A stretch of DNA of 64,000 bases from Eledone cirrhosa (Eukaryota), in assembly GCA_964016885.1 (NCBI GenBank), contig OZ024742.1, positions 219,542,001 to 219,606,000 on the forward strand, written 5' to 3'. The translations under genes were made by a program, and so were the position numbers. The notes beneath the pieces are model-generated. The model saw only the letters and a program-made list of their open reading frames with translations. It was not told the DNA's origin and searched no databases. Within the stretch, counting starts at the first letter, position 1. Each line of letters begins with the position of its first letter. Shown here in pieces: positions 38,574 through 51,169 of this stretch.

Positions 38574-39147
38574 ATGCCAGGGAAAAGAGGATAACCATCA
38601 GTCTGATGAACCTCTAGGTTCAAGACAGACTTCTTACATTATCATTGTTTTTGCATCCATTTTATACCTATGCTGGCATGGTTTGGACATGACTTTCTTT
38701 TCTTTTTGTTTTTGAGACAGTATAGAGACAACTATACTGACATCACAAATCGAACCCATGACATTGAAGGCCACACATTTTTATAAGAGGCAAATAGTGG
38801 AGTGAATTAACCACACTGTATGACTGGTATTTATTTGTCTGACATGGCATAAAAGGAAAATTAAACCATAGCAGGATTTGAACTCTGGATGAATCGGGTT
38901 AAAATGATGTATTGTGAGATATTTGGCCCATCAATTTATTATTGTTGTTATGTATTTGCTTCCATGTTTATTAGAATTTGATGTCAGTATAGTTGTCTCT
39001 ATACTGTCTCAAAAACAAAAAGAAAAAGTCATGTCCAAACCATGCCAGCATAGGTAAAAAATGGATGCAAAAACAATGATAATGTAAAAAGTCTGTCTTG
39101 AACCTAGAGGTTCATCAGACTGATGGTTATCCTGGTTTCCCTGGCAT
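38574..39147. repeat. Inverted duplication (38574-38745 / 38980-39147) enclosing a direct copy (38748-38978) of 39307-39538
   Basis: Direct sequence comparison; near-identical segments. Confidence 0.92.
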
Positions 39148-40423
39148 AAAGTGACTGAGATTACATGACTTCCCTATGGACAGGGCACCAGTTTATCGCA
39201 CGGTTAAACACTTGGTTTGTGCTGGTGGTCATTTTCAGCTGAGTATACTGGAGCAACATGAAATGATGTGTTTTGTTCAAGAACACAACATACAACTTAG
39301 TCCAAGAATCGAACCCATGACATTGAAGGCCACACATGTTTATAAGAGGCAAATAGTGGAGTGAATTAACCACACTGTATGACTGGTATTTATTTGTCTG
39401 ACATGGCATAAAAGGAAAATTAAACCATAGCAGGATTTGAACTCTGGAGGAATCGGGTTAAAATGAAGTATTGTGAGATATTTGGCCCATCAATTTATTA
39501 TTGTTGTTATGTATTTGCTTCCATATTTATTAGAATTTATTATAATAGCTTATTTAAGCTCAAGAGACAGAAATACAGTGTGACATGGAAAGTATAAAAA
39601 CTATTTGTTTAATACCAACGAAGTACATATTGACAAAGATATCTTTTCCTCTCCTTTGCTATGCCCACATATTCCTGAGAGGGTTGTAAGAGGAGCCTAT
39701 TGGAGGCAACCATCAAATGATCCAGCTGGACTCCCAAGTGAGACCATCTGAGATTTGGGATGTTATTCAATCATCTTGCTCATGGTCTACTTCTTGGTCA
39801 GTTGGTTTTGTACATTAAAGCTGTCCTATTATTCTTTTCTTAGATAGTCTAACCATTTTCTGTGATCTCTTCATGTGAAGAAGTTGCAGCTCTACCTGGA
39901 GTAACTTCTTGATCTCAGAGCTATGCACCTTATCAATTAATGTTATTCCAGAGACCCTTCAGAGGACCTCATTTCAGCCACTTGTATTATTTTGGTCTAC
40001 CTAAGATTCATGACCATCGGTAAGGTTGGGTATGAATAATGAATTGAAAATAGTGAGTTTGACTTTTACACTTAACTCCTTCCTTCTGATGTCAGAATGC
40101 TGAAGCTGGCACATTACTACACCTACTTCTACAATTCTTGCATTTAATTCAGCTTCTTTTTTTTCCATCACTTATCAGGGCTACCCTGAAATACTTGACG
40201 TTCAAGAAGCCTATCCCTTAGTCTCATATTCCTGCAGAACCTTCCACAATAAGTCCTGTGACGTGCACTTTCGAGGTTCACAATATTAGTTAAGATTTAA
40301 AAATAAGAATTGATCAATTCTAATTAATTTAATAATTTACTGTAGTTAAGACTCAATGTCTTCAGAATTGATCAATGGTCTATGAATATTCTTTTTTTTT
40401 TTTTTTCAGGTTTTATTTTTAAA

Positions 40424-41083
40424 ATGTCTGATTCCACAAGCCTCACCTTTGGAAGTTTCCGAGTCTGTCCATTTTGCCAAAGAGTCTGGATTGCTCTTTT
40501 GGAGAAAGGTATTCCTTTTAAATATGATGAAATTGATCCTTATAACAAGACTGACCTATTTTTAAAATTAAATCCAAGAGGCTTGGTGCCAGTGATTATA
40601 CATGATGGTAAGGTTATATATGAGTCAAGTATATGTATGGAATACATTGATGATGCTTGGCCACAAAATCCCAAAATTATGATGGAAAAACCTTTTGACA
40701 AAGCTCAGGTTCGCATCTGGGGTAACTATGCTGCAGATAAAATAATTCCAGTATTTTTTTCCATTCTGAAATCAGATCCTAAAACGCTGGATGAATTAAA
40801 GAAATCTTTTGTTGAAAATCTTGGAGCTTTTGTGAAAGCCATGTCCCCAACTGGAAACTTTTTCATGGGGGACACATTTTCATATGTTGAAATGATGTTG
40901 TATCCATGGATACAACGATTACCAGTGTTAAAACACTATAAAAACTTTGAAATACCATCTGATATTGATTGGTATCCTCGTTTCCAGAAGTGGTCCACTG
41001 CTTGTTCTGAGAGGAGCAGTGTGAAGCCTACTGTTGTTGATATTAAGGAATTGATCCCAGGTTTTCAAAAATATGTGAAATAA
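40424..41083 (+). CDS. Glutathione S-transferase, omega/tau-like (219 aa), single coding exon
   Basis: CPFC active-site motif, NPRGLVP cis-Pro loop, IYES motif, C-terminal FFMGDTFSYVEMMLYPW. Poly-T-CAG splice acceptor at 40392-40409 precedes AAAATG. AATAAA at 41234 and 41278. Confidence 0.93.
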   Translation: MSDSTSLTFGSFRVCPFCQRVWIALLEKGIPFKYDEIDPYNKTDLFLKLNPRGLVPVIIHDGKVIYESSICMEYIDDAWPQNPKIMMEKPFDKAQVRIWGNYAADKIIPVFFSILKSDPKTLDELKKSFVENLGAFVKAMSPTGNFFMGDTFSYVEMMLYPWIQRLPVLKHYKNFEIPSDIDWYPRFQKWSTACSERSSVKPTVVDIKELIPGFQKYVK

Positions 41084-41662
41084 TAAGTTGTAAAAGGAAT
41101 ACACTAATGAGAATTTTAAAATCATAATTCATATTATTGAACACAATATTTTATGAATAATATTTTTAATAGAACCTTGTATGTTTTATTTTATTTCTTT
41201 GCATTTTTTCCAAATTATGTAACTAAAATAGGAAATAAATATTTGAGAAGTATCTAAAAATTGTTTTGTAAATTTGCAATAAATTTAAAATTTTCCAACT
41301 TTGGAACCACCTGGTTCTTAGCTCCATCCCATTGCAATTGTTTTCTGCTATAGCTTGGGGACAAATAATGTCTCCAGCATGATAGGTAGAAGCCCATTAC
41401 ATACATATATATATATATATATGTGTATATATATATATATGTCTTTCCTGATGATTTCTTATGAATGAAACAATTCTAGTTCCGTAGAAGTAATTTCTAT
41501 ATTAATGTATTGAATATCTTTTTTTAACTGTGGTTACCTCCTGTGGATACATCAGGAATCCACCTATGTATATATGTGTGTGTGAATTTTGTATATCTCA
41601 TGATATGCAGTATGTTTTCAAATAAACACTTGGAAAGCCTTCTATTGAAAAGCTGACAACTA

Positions 41663-41676
41663 GCGCCATCTAGCGG
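41663..41676 (-). promoter_or_regulatory. CTCF-like binding motif
   Basis: Minus strand CCGCTAGATGGCGC matches the CTCF core consensus; decayed copy at ~41990-42005. Confidence 0.45.
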
Positions 41677-43147
41677 ATTCCAGCAGAAGTAGTGGGGGAC
41701 AACTGCCAATGCATTTCTGGCTCTAGTCATCACAAGGACAGTGCTTCCCCACTCTCTGCTAGAATTTGAACAGGTGAAAATATATAGTATTTTCACCTAT
41801 GTAGATGGGCTGATTAGCCTCATTTGCATATGGAGCTGTACAAGCTGGCTGAGCTTGAAAGTAGAATTTAAGTTTTTGCTCCAACATAACTAATACATAC
41901 AAATTTGTGAATTTCATAATGATATGCGGTATGTTTACAAATAAACATTTGGAAAGCCTTCTAGTTATGAATATTGAAAAGCTGACATCTAGTGCTGTCT
42001 AGTGGATTCAAACAGAAGTATTCCTATCTAGGTGATCTCATCAGCAGCATGAGTGAATGTATCGAAATGTTGTCTTGTTCATATGTTACAATTTTGGGTT
42101 TGGTTTTTACGGCTGGATGCCTTTCCTAATAGCAACCACTTCACAGTGTGTACTGAGAGCATTTTATCATGATTCTGGCACTACCACCTTACAGGGTGGG
42201 CTGGGTGCTTTTGTCATGGCACAACTGCCTTACAGTTAGATCTCGTGCTTTTCATGATGGCACTACCACTTTACAAAGTGAGCTGGGTGCATTTTTGCAT
42301 TTTTATCATAGAACCATCACGGAAGAGCTGTTGATATGGGATGGGGGTTATACTGCCATGGAAGAGGAAGTGTCAGGCTATGAAGAGAGAGAATTGTATC
42401 TAGTGGTATATTGTGAGGTGTGCCTGGCTTTCCATACTAGCATGAGATGGACAAGGAAGTGAATCAGGTATGCAGACATGACTTGTACCAGGAACATGAA
42501 TTGGGTATGTGGTAGTGTGGGAGGGGGGATTTCTGTTTTAACATGAATTAAATAGGGGAAGTGGGGAGGTGAAGAATGTGGATAGGTGGGTTGGTTTTGT
42601 CTACCTCTCTCTTTGCTTTCATTTCACTCTACTTGTCTGGGATGCCAAGTTTTCTGTGATACAGCATGTCTCCAGGTGATTCAATCCTGTGTCATCTCCT
42701 TCAATTAGTTTCAGCTTTGTGAGGTCAGCCTTTACTACATTATCCCAAGTTTCCCTAGGTCTACCTCTTACCCAGTTTGACATCACTACCAAGCCTTGGA
42801 TATTTTTTATTTGGGCCAGGTTTCTGGTTTGAAGATACCTTTCCCACTCTCTCACACCAGCCTCAGAAGCCCTGGAAAGGGTCTGTGCACTGCCCTTCCA
42901 TCTCTGACTAGACAGCCAAAACTGACTTTGGTTCTATGAAACAAAAATATCCATTTTGAAGGGTTTGTATTTAAATTTAAATCTGCCAACATAATTTTAT
43001 AAGTACCATATATTAACTTAGTAATGAATAATGTAATTAGTTAATTAGTTACAGGCTTCCAGTAAAACAATCACTGGATTATTGCACTTCTAAAAACCAG
43101 AATGACAAAGGAGTAACTGAAACTGGATGCAGAAAAATAAAGTATAT

Positions 43148-46055
43148 CATCATCATCATCATCATCATTTTACGTCCGCTTTTCCCTGCTTGCAAGGGTG
43201 GGACGGGTCTTATTCAGCACAGCATCTCTCCACTCGTCACGGTCCCTCGTCATCTCCACCGTGAGCTTCAATGATCTGAGGTCTGTTCTCACCACCTCCG
43301 CCCATGTTTTTCGTGGTCTACCTCTACCACGTCTTCCTTCAACTGGCATTTCCTGGCACTTCTTCACCCATCGGTCATCCTCCATGCGTATCACATGTCC
43401 ATACCACCTCAGTCTCCTCTCCCGTACACTACATTCTATCCCTCTCAGACAGTTTCTCTCTCAACACATTTATGCTGGGTCGTTCACGCACATTTACACT
43501 GCACATCCAACGGAGCATGCTTGCCTCATTTCTCTCCAGCCGTCGCATATCTTCTGCGGTAGCTGCCCATGTCTCACTACCATGCAGCATCGCGCTCCTC
43601 ACACAGGCATCATACAACCGGCCTTTCGTACGCAGGGAGAAACCCTTCTTCGTCAACAGAGGAAGCAGCTCCCTAAACTTCTTCCAACCCGTCCTTATTC
43701 TAGATACTATGGCCTCGGAACACCCTCCTCCCTTGCTAATCTGATCTCCTAGGTACTGGAAGCTATCCACCACTTCTATAGCGCCCTCTCGCATTTGAAA
43801 AATGTGTCTATCAGTGCGACTTCTACTGTCTAATTTCCCTGTACATCTACTGCATACATAGTTCTCCCTACCTGTTAGTTTGCCTGCTATCCCGCTACAT
43901 CTCTTGTGTACCCAGGACCTACATTGTGTGCATTTTATAGAATTTATGCCAGTTCCTTTTCTGCATATCGAACATGGCCATTTCCCTGACGGAATCAGGG
44001 TTTTGTCCTCTTTTCTACTCATCAACACTTTTGTCTTAGCTATATTTACTCTCAGTCCTCTTGCTTCCAACTGCTGTTTCCATAGCCGGAATTTATTCTC
44101 TAGCTCCTCTACTGATTCTGCCATAAGAGCCAGATCGTCAGCATAGAGAAGTTCCCATGGACAGCCAGTCTTAAACTCCTCTGTTATGGCTTGGAGGACT
44201 ATAATGAACAAGAGCGGGCTGAGGACCGAACCCTGATGTACTCCTACTTGTATCTGGAATTCCTCACTAAACTCCATTCCTACCCTGACTCTACTGAGAG
44301 TACCTCTGTACAAAGTTTGCACTGTCCTTACAAGCCATTCCTCAACACCCAGCTTCCTTAGGGACCACCAGATGACAGATCGGGGTACCCTATCAAAGGC
44401 CTTCTCTAGGTCAACAAAGGCTAAGTATAGTGGCTTATTCTTCTCTAAGAACCTCTCTTGCATTTGTCTCACCAAGAAGAGGGCATCTGTTGTACTCTTC
44501 CCAGGCACAAAACCAAACTGCATCTCATCTAGTTTGACCCTTTCTCTAATTAGTTGTGCTAAAATCCTTTCTGCCACTTTCATAACCTGATCTATCAGTT
44601 TTATACCCCTATAATTGCTCCTCTCCAAAGCATCCCCTTTACCTTTGTAGCAATTTATGAGAATACTGCTGCACCAGTCTTTGGGTATGACACCACCATA
44701 TATAGCCTGATTGATTATGCGTGCAACCAGTTTAGTGCCTACGTCCCCTGATGCCTTCAGCATCTCAGCAACTATTCCCGATGGTCCGGCCGCCTTACCA
44801 TTTTTCATTTCCCTAATCGCCTCTTGGACCCTATATTCGTCAATCTCAATAGCTGGTCCCTCTGTCGGATCTACCAAGGGTAATTTCTCTCTCTCCCATT
44901 CGTTCTCCACATTCATCAGTCTCTCATAATGACATTTCCAGGCCTCCTTTTTCTGGTCATTCGTGACACTAAGTACACCGGCATCATCCCGGACACATTT
45001 ATCACCAACAACATCCTGATTTGCATTGACACACTGCCTTGCAATGTGGAACACCGCACGCCTCTGATCTTCCCGTCGCAGAACATTGGCAAACCTCCTA
45101 CTCTCTGCCTCCCTGCGTGCTAAGTACACCTGACGTCTAGCTTCTCTCTTAGTGGCTGTATATTCTTCCCTACTCCCACCCTTATTCCAAGCCTTCCATG
45201 CTAGTCTTTTGTCTCTAATAGCCTTATCTACACTGCTGTTCCACCACCAGGTCACTCTCTGTCTGGTTGGAGCTCTGCTCCAGCCACAGGTTTCATCAGT
45301 AGCCTTCAGCAAGTTGTCACGTAAGAACTTCCAGTTATTATCTATGTCATACGTCTCTAAATCGTCTTCTTTTTCGTCATATACATCTTGAAGGGCTTTC
45401 CTAAATTTGAATTTTAGTGAAAGGTCTTTTAGCTTCCAGACCTTTCTTCTCCACACCTTCCTATATGTCTCATTCCATCTCTTGCTTACTGAGATATCAC
45501 TAACAACTAACCTATGCTGTGGGGTACATTCTTCCCCAGGGTATGCCTTGGTATTAGACACTATCTGCCTGTCCCGCTGCCTAACTAGCAGGAAGTCAAT
45601 CTGGCTTATGTGCTCACCAGATTTGTAGGTTATTAGGTGATTGGCAGGTTTCTGGAAGTTTGTGTTGCAAATAGTCAATGTACTTGCATCACAAAATTCA
45701 AGAAGTCTCACTCCTTCTTCATTTCTTGAACCGTAACCGTGCCCACCATGTACCCCAGTGTAACCATCCTGGAGCTGTCCAACATGACCATTGAAGTCTC
45801 CTGCTAGCATAACGATGTCTCCGTCCTCTGTCATTGTGGTTGTTTGCAAAAGTTGCTCATAAAAGCAGTCTTTCTCATCTTTGCCTAGGCCTGCTTGGGG
45901 AGCATAGACCGAGATGATTGTCAGTAGTCTCCTACCTACAACTAATCTAAGCTTAATTATTCGATTACTAACTCGAACTACCTCTATTGTCTTATTGATC
46001 CATTTCTCAGCCAGGAAAATGCCTACTCCCCCTAACCCATCATCCTTACCTACCC
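43148..46055 (-). mobile_element. RTE-clade LINE, 5'-truncated, young (partial APE, RT, PHD-like insert, (GAT)n tail)
   Basis: 806-aa ORF: GDFNGHVG, SQIDFLL, QFGF, FVDLEKAFD, GVHQGSVLSP, LYADD. One frameshift at ~43450. (CAT)n tail at 43148-43167. TSD AGTATAT at 43141-43147 and 46056-46062. Confidence 0.95.
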
Positions 46056-46084
46056 AGTATATATTTCTTTTAAATGAAATTAAT

Positions 46085-46271
46085 TGTTTCTACGTTTGGC
46101 ACAAGGCCAGCAAATACCCAATGCATTACTGGTACTTTATTCCATCGACCCCGTAAGGATGAAATGCAAAGTTAACCTCGGCGGGATTTGAACTCAGACG
46201 ATAAAGGACTAACTCTATGCTGCAAAGCATGGTGTCCGACTCTCTACTGATACTGCCAATCCACCGCCCTA
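46085..46271 (-). mobile_element. SINE family S1
   Basis: Same consensus. 19-bp TSD TCTTTTAAATGAAATTAAT at 46066-46084 and 46272-46290. Confidence 0.92.
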
Positions 46272-48399
46272 TCTTTTAAATGAAATTAATAACACAGAGA
46301 AATAACTGTTTAACAAAGGGTGATAACTATAAACAACGTGTTTATTAGACAACTGATGATAGTAATGGAGTACAAGATACCATTGTCATGTGAAAAGTAG
46401 CTGTTGTATATATTGAAAGGATCCAGGTCAAGTAATTGATACTGTATACTTTGTCCAGATGATGGGTGCACAAAAAGTGTAGTGAGAAATCTATCAAGTT
46501 GACTGAAAAGTAGGGATGTGATAGGTGTACAGGAATAGCTGGTACACTGAGAGAAGTAGTAGAGATGTGGTAAACATACAGGAGTATGTAACAGAAGGAA
46601 CACACATGAAATAAAAGGATAAACATGTGTCTAGATGAGAGTCTGTACGTATGCATGTATATATGTTAACATACAGACATGCAATATAAGCATACACACA
46701 CATAGATATACATTGTATTCCTATTCATTATGAGTGTGTCATATATCATCATCACCATTTTATGTCAATTCTTCCATGCTAGCATGGGTTAGATGAGTTG
46801 TCCTATTGTGGGCAATGCCAGGTGAGGTCACCTTGTCTTGCTCATACAGAACTGATTTCGGCTTGATTTCTATATAGGAGTAGTACTAAGCCACATCTCA
46901 GGTAATATCAAAATACAATCACACGAATTCACTATATTACAGTTTGATGACAATCTTTAGTTGTTCCAGGAGTGTTGCAATCCTGAAAATTGTTTCGGCC
47001 AAGTAATTCAGAATTAGCATGAATTAATATATATATGGAGGCACATGGCTTAGTGGTTAGAGCATTGGCTTTGCAATTGAAAGGTTGTGAGTTCAATTCT
47101 CAGACCGGGTGATGTGTTGTTTCCTTGAGCAAGGCACTTTATTTCACATTGCTCCAGTTTACTCAGCTGTAGAAATGAGATGATAGGGATTGGGATCCCT
47201 ATCATTCCACTGGAAAGTGGTTGTGGAGGTGCCACGGCAAAAAAGCACCCAGCACTCACTGTAAATGAGGTTGATGTTAGGAAGGGCATCCAGCTGTAGA
47301 AATCAAGCCAGTATCAGTTCCCGTCCCACCCTTGCCAGCAGGTAAAAAGCACTTAAGATGTGTGCCTATGCAAGATTTTAGTTACCTCAGTCTAAAACTG
47401 CATAGGTTTTTACAATCACTTTTACATATTAAGATACATACATGCATTTATCGCTCCCTTTCTCTTTCACTCACACACATCCTCGTTAAAACAACATGGA
47501 TGATTTGCATAACGTTGAGTGCTTTATTTATTTTGTTACATCAGCATTCAACAAACCAAACCACCAATTCTACCCATTGATAAACAGCTTAACATAAATT
47601 ATAGAGAGTGAGAGAATCAGAATGTTGGAAGATTAAGGATTTCTATACAAATCGTGTTACTTTGGAAAAATAAAGATTTGAAAAAAAGCACCTAATTTGT
47701 TTTTATTCACTATATATACATGCTCCGTATATAGTACACAATGAAAAATGTTTCATATAAAAAAAAAAAAAAGGATAGTTTTTGTACTTAACCAGCTTTT
47801 CAAAAGTTTTCTCATGTATAAGTTTTCATTTGTAACGGGTTTGTTAAAACAAGGGGCGCAGCTGGTTATATCATTGCCCCTTATGTTGAGGAAAACGCAA
47901 TCCTTCACAAGGGACGTAATTCTGCTCTGACCAGGTATTAAAATTATGTATGCAAGAGTTCGGCCTAAATTTTATTTATAAAAAACTTTTCTTTGCCAAT
48001 GCACTTTTCCTCTGATGTTGACTGGCAACATTGGTAGAATGGGAAGACATTGACATTAGGTAAAGTTTGTGTATGGATGTATTAATGGGTGATATCAGTG
48101 TGTGTATTTGAGTGTTTATGCATGTCTGTGAATAAGCTTGTATCTCTGTGCGTGTATATATACCAAATAACAGATGTATTCACAACTTGTGATCAAAGAG
48201 TACAATGGAGTATATCAGTCAGTTGTCTGTGCTATATCAGGAAGTAGCCAAATCGACAAAGTGGGTGGTGGGATGGAGTATATATTACAGAAAGAGTGGA
48301 TTAAGGTGTGGAGACACTGGAGGGGGAAGTAAGAGTAGTTTCAGGGTCACTGTGTTGTGTCTGCAGTGGTGGTTAGTTGATGAAGTTCTTTTTTTGACA

Positions 48400-48760
48400 G
48401 ACTGAATTCCATTTTGTACATGGAATACAATTTTTGCAGACCATGATCAGGGACACCCACTGCAAACAGCCACCCCACCCCACCTTGCAGGGCTCCTCAA
48501 TTCTACAAAGGTCAGCTGTACAGAGTCCAAGGACATCTGAGGTTTCAACAGCAATCAATGCAAAGAGGAAGCAGCTGAACAAGCCCCAGTATTTGCTTAT
48601 TTTCCTGTCCTTTGCGTTACAGGCAGTGGTAACGAGGTTTGTGGTCAAAGCGATTAAGTTGGAGGTGGCGACCATGTCACATCCTAGATAAGGGATTTAC
48701 CTCCCTCAAATGGGAAGAGGATAATTCCATCGGGGCGCTTGCCATCTCCACACTCAACAC
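48400..48760 (-). mobile_element. 3' fragment of a CRE-like element
   Basis: ACNAKDRKISKYWGL..FLFALIAVETSDVLG...LQWVSL; DGKRP-like motif upstream. Confidence 0.6.
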
Positions 48761-49149
48761 TTTCTGGCTCCAGTTGTAATGAGAAACCAGCTGCATCTAG
48801 GCTCCTTCTCATTATGTCATTCTGGTTTACATTAATTAGTCAGTTGAGTTTACGATCTGAGTTCAAATCCCGCCGAGGTTGACTTTGCCTTTTATCCTTA
48901 CGGGGTCGATAAAATAAAGTACCAGTAATGCACTGGGTAATTGCTGGCCTTGTGCCTAAAGTAGAAACAATTAATTAGTCAGTTGAGTTAGTTTAGAAGT
49001 GTTAGGTATTTAGCTACATTGGTTTAGTTAATTGACTGTGTTAGTATAGTTAGTTGGTTGTATCAGTATAATTAATTAGTCATGTTAGTTTAATTATATT
49101 TATGTATCTATGGTCATGTTGGTATAACTAATAAATTAGTTGTGTCGGT

Positions 49150-50452
49150 GAAAGTAGTCATATGGTGCTGGGAGCAGTGTATGTGTGATGATGTGAGTGT
49201 CGATAGGAGGTGGAAAAGAGCTGACTAAAGGAAGAGGGGCAGTGCATTTAGGCCATTTCCAGTAAAGGTTTGAAGAGACAAAGCAATATGCTGTGCTCTC
49301 CTGAGATATATGTTTGGGGTTCCGTGGCAAGCAACGAGGCCGAAAACTGAGAGGTGGTAGGTGGAATGTCCAGCAGAGTGGAAATGTTGGGCAACCGGAG
49401 ACTGGTTGCCGAGCCAAGTGTCCTGAAGATGCTCAGCAAACCTCTCCACTAGTCAACAACCAGTTTGTCCAATGTATGTGGCCTCATATAACATGCAACA
49501 CAGCCTGTAGACGAGACTCATTGGGGTGCAGCAGGAGTCCCTAACTAGGAAGAACTGGCCGTTGGGACCAGTGAGATCTGGGTAAGTTGACAGAAGAGAA
49601 CAACGGCGAGGAGATGTTGGAAGTTGTGCATGCTTGAAGGAGAGGTTGGGGGGGAAAATGGGGTAAGTGGAGGGGTTTGACTAGAGACGGAGGATCATCT
49701 CTAGCGAAGCAAAATGAGGATGGTGGCTCACCAAGTGAACAATCTAGCCATGTAATGAGCCTATGTTTTAAAATCATGGGTCCTACTACACAGGCTGTGG
49801 AGGTAGAGGAATTGAGAGTAGGGGATGGAGTCGTTGAAGAAAGTGGAGATGAGGGAATGACAAGAAGTGGCAATGCAGACAGATATGTCCAGGAAATGGA
49901 TGGAAGTGGTGGAGATAGAGGCAGTGAAGTTGAGGGCAGAGTGGAAGGAGCAGAGAAAAGAGAGAAAGGAGTCAAGCTTCTCCCGAATGAGTGAGGGAAC
50001 ACCAATAGTTTTTAATATTATGGCCATATTGCTCAGGGACGGGGCTCAGTTTACAGGGTAAAGATTTGGGCCTCTATGTAGCCAATGAATAAGTTGGGGT
50101 TGTTGGGATCTATGGCCACCCCAGCTGTGTTGGTAAAACTCACCCGAGAAGGAAAACCAGTTGAGGGTGAGGACCAGCTCAGCAAGGTGGATGAAGGTCA
50201 TGGAAGTGTTAGTGAGCACAGAGGCCTTCAGCATGGAGGAATTTATGTCAATTGTGAAAAGGAGATTGGGGGGGGGGGGGGGGGCAGGAGGGAAGACGAA
50301 AGGTTGGTGTCAGATGTGGGAGGGGAGAACAGCTACTAGGTGTGTAAGTATGGAGTTAAGGTAGATGGAGAGGAGTTTGGTGGGGCAGTCACAGGCAGAG
50401 ACAATGGGGCAGCCAGGGGTGTTAGGTTTGTGTATTTTGTGGAGGAAGTATT
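49150..50452 (-). mobile_element. Degenerate Penelope-like element (RT plus GIY-YIG; Neptune-like)
   Basis: YFLHKIHKPNTPGCPIVS, HLAELVLTLNWFSF, LNFTASISTTSIHFLDISV, SIPYSQFL, ERFAEHL..SPVAQHFHSAGH. Confidence 0.8.
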
Positions 50453-51169
50453 GGCTTTGCTGTGATGACCCGTCTGCTGTCTATACTGAATAAGAAGTAG
50501 TGAGCAGCTCATGTTAGTTCATATTCCCCTTGTAAATAATCATTATGTCATGTTACTGAGTGCCCAAGAACCAACTTTACCTTCTCACAGTTAAGACAAA
50601 GTTTGCTTCTTATCAATCAGATTAAAATACCCAAACAAGACGAAGTCATTGCAAGGAGTGATTTTATTGTGAGAACAAGAACAAACTAAAAATCTAAAAA
50701 TGAATGATCAGGAACCACAATGTTAGGAAAACAAATATTTTCTCCTGTTTAACATGGTTTTTCAATGGAAATAACTTTCCACAAATTTCACATCTATAAA
50801 GTTTTGCATCTATGTTTTTCAGTTATGATTAATGAGATTGTGTTTCTGTAAGAATCTTAATGACAAATAGTGAATAATTTGCATGTGGCTACATGGCTAA
50901 AGCTCAGAAAATATTTGACACAAATATATTTTTCTCCAGTGTCTACATTAAGTAGATTTACTTCACATAAAATGATTTTCTCACATAATTCACATAGAAA
51001 TAATTACTTTTTCTCCATGAAACACTTGTTTGAGGGGGTGTTTCTCCTCTGAAGACCTTCTGCTGTCTAGCTCTCCTGAGAGTTTCTTACGACTATAAAC
51101 TGGGATTTCTGACATATTTCATCATGATAAATATTCTCCAATGTCTACTTGTTAGTAGACAATAAATTT

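Noticed and set aside
38596-38630. CTGATGA with hairpin (also 15552 and 56872)
   Set aside because: No GAAA/NUH core; the first lies in a SINE tail.
40382-40423. ORF-track start of the GST (MNILFFFFSG)
   Set aside because: Overlaps the polypyrimidine tract and CAG acceptor; ATG 40424 fits the domain start.
41445-41490. CTGATGA...GAAAC possible third hammerhead
   Set aside because: Stems I and III are weak or ambiguous; at best a decayed copy.
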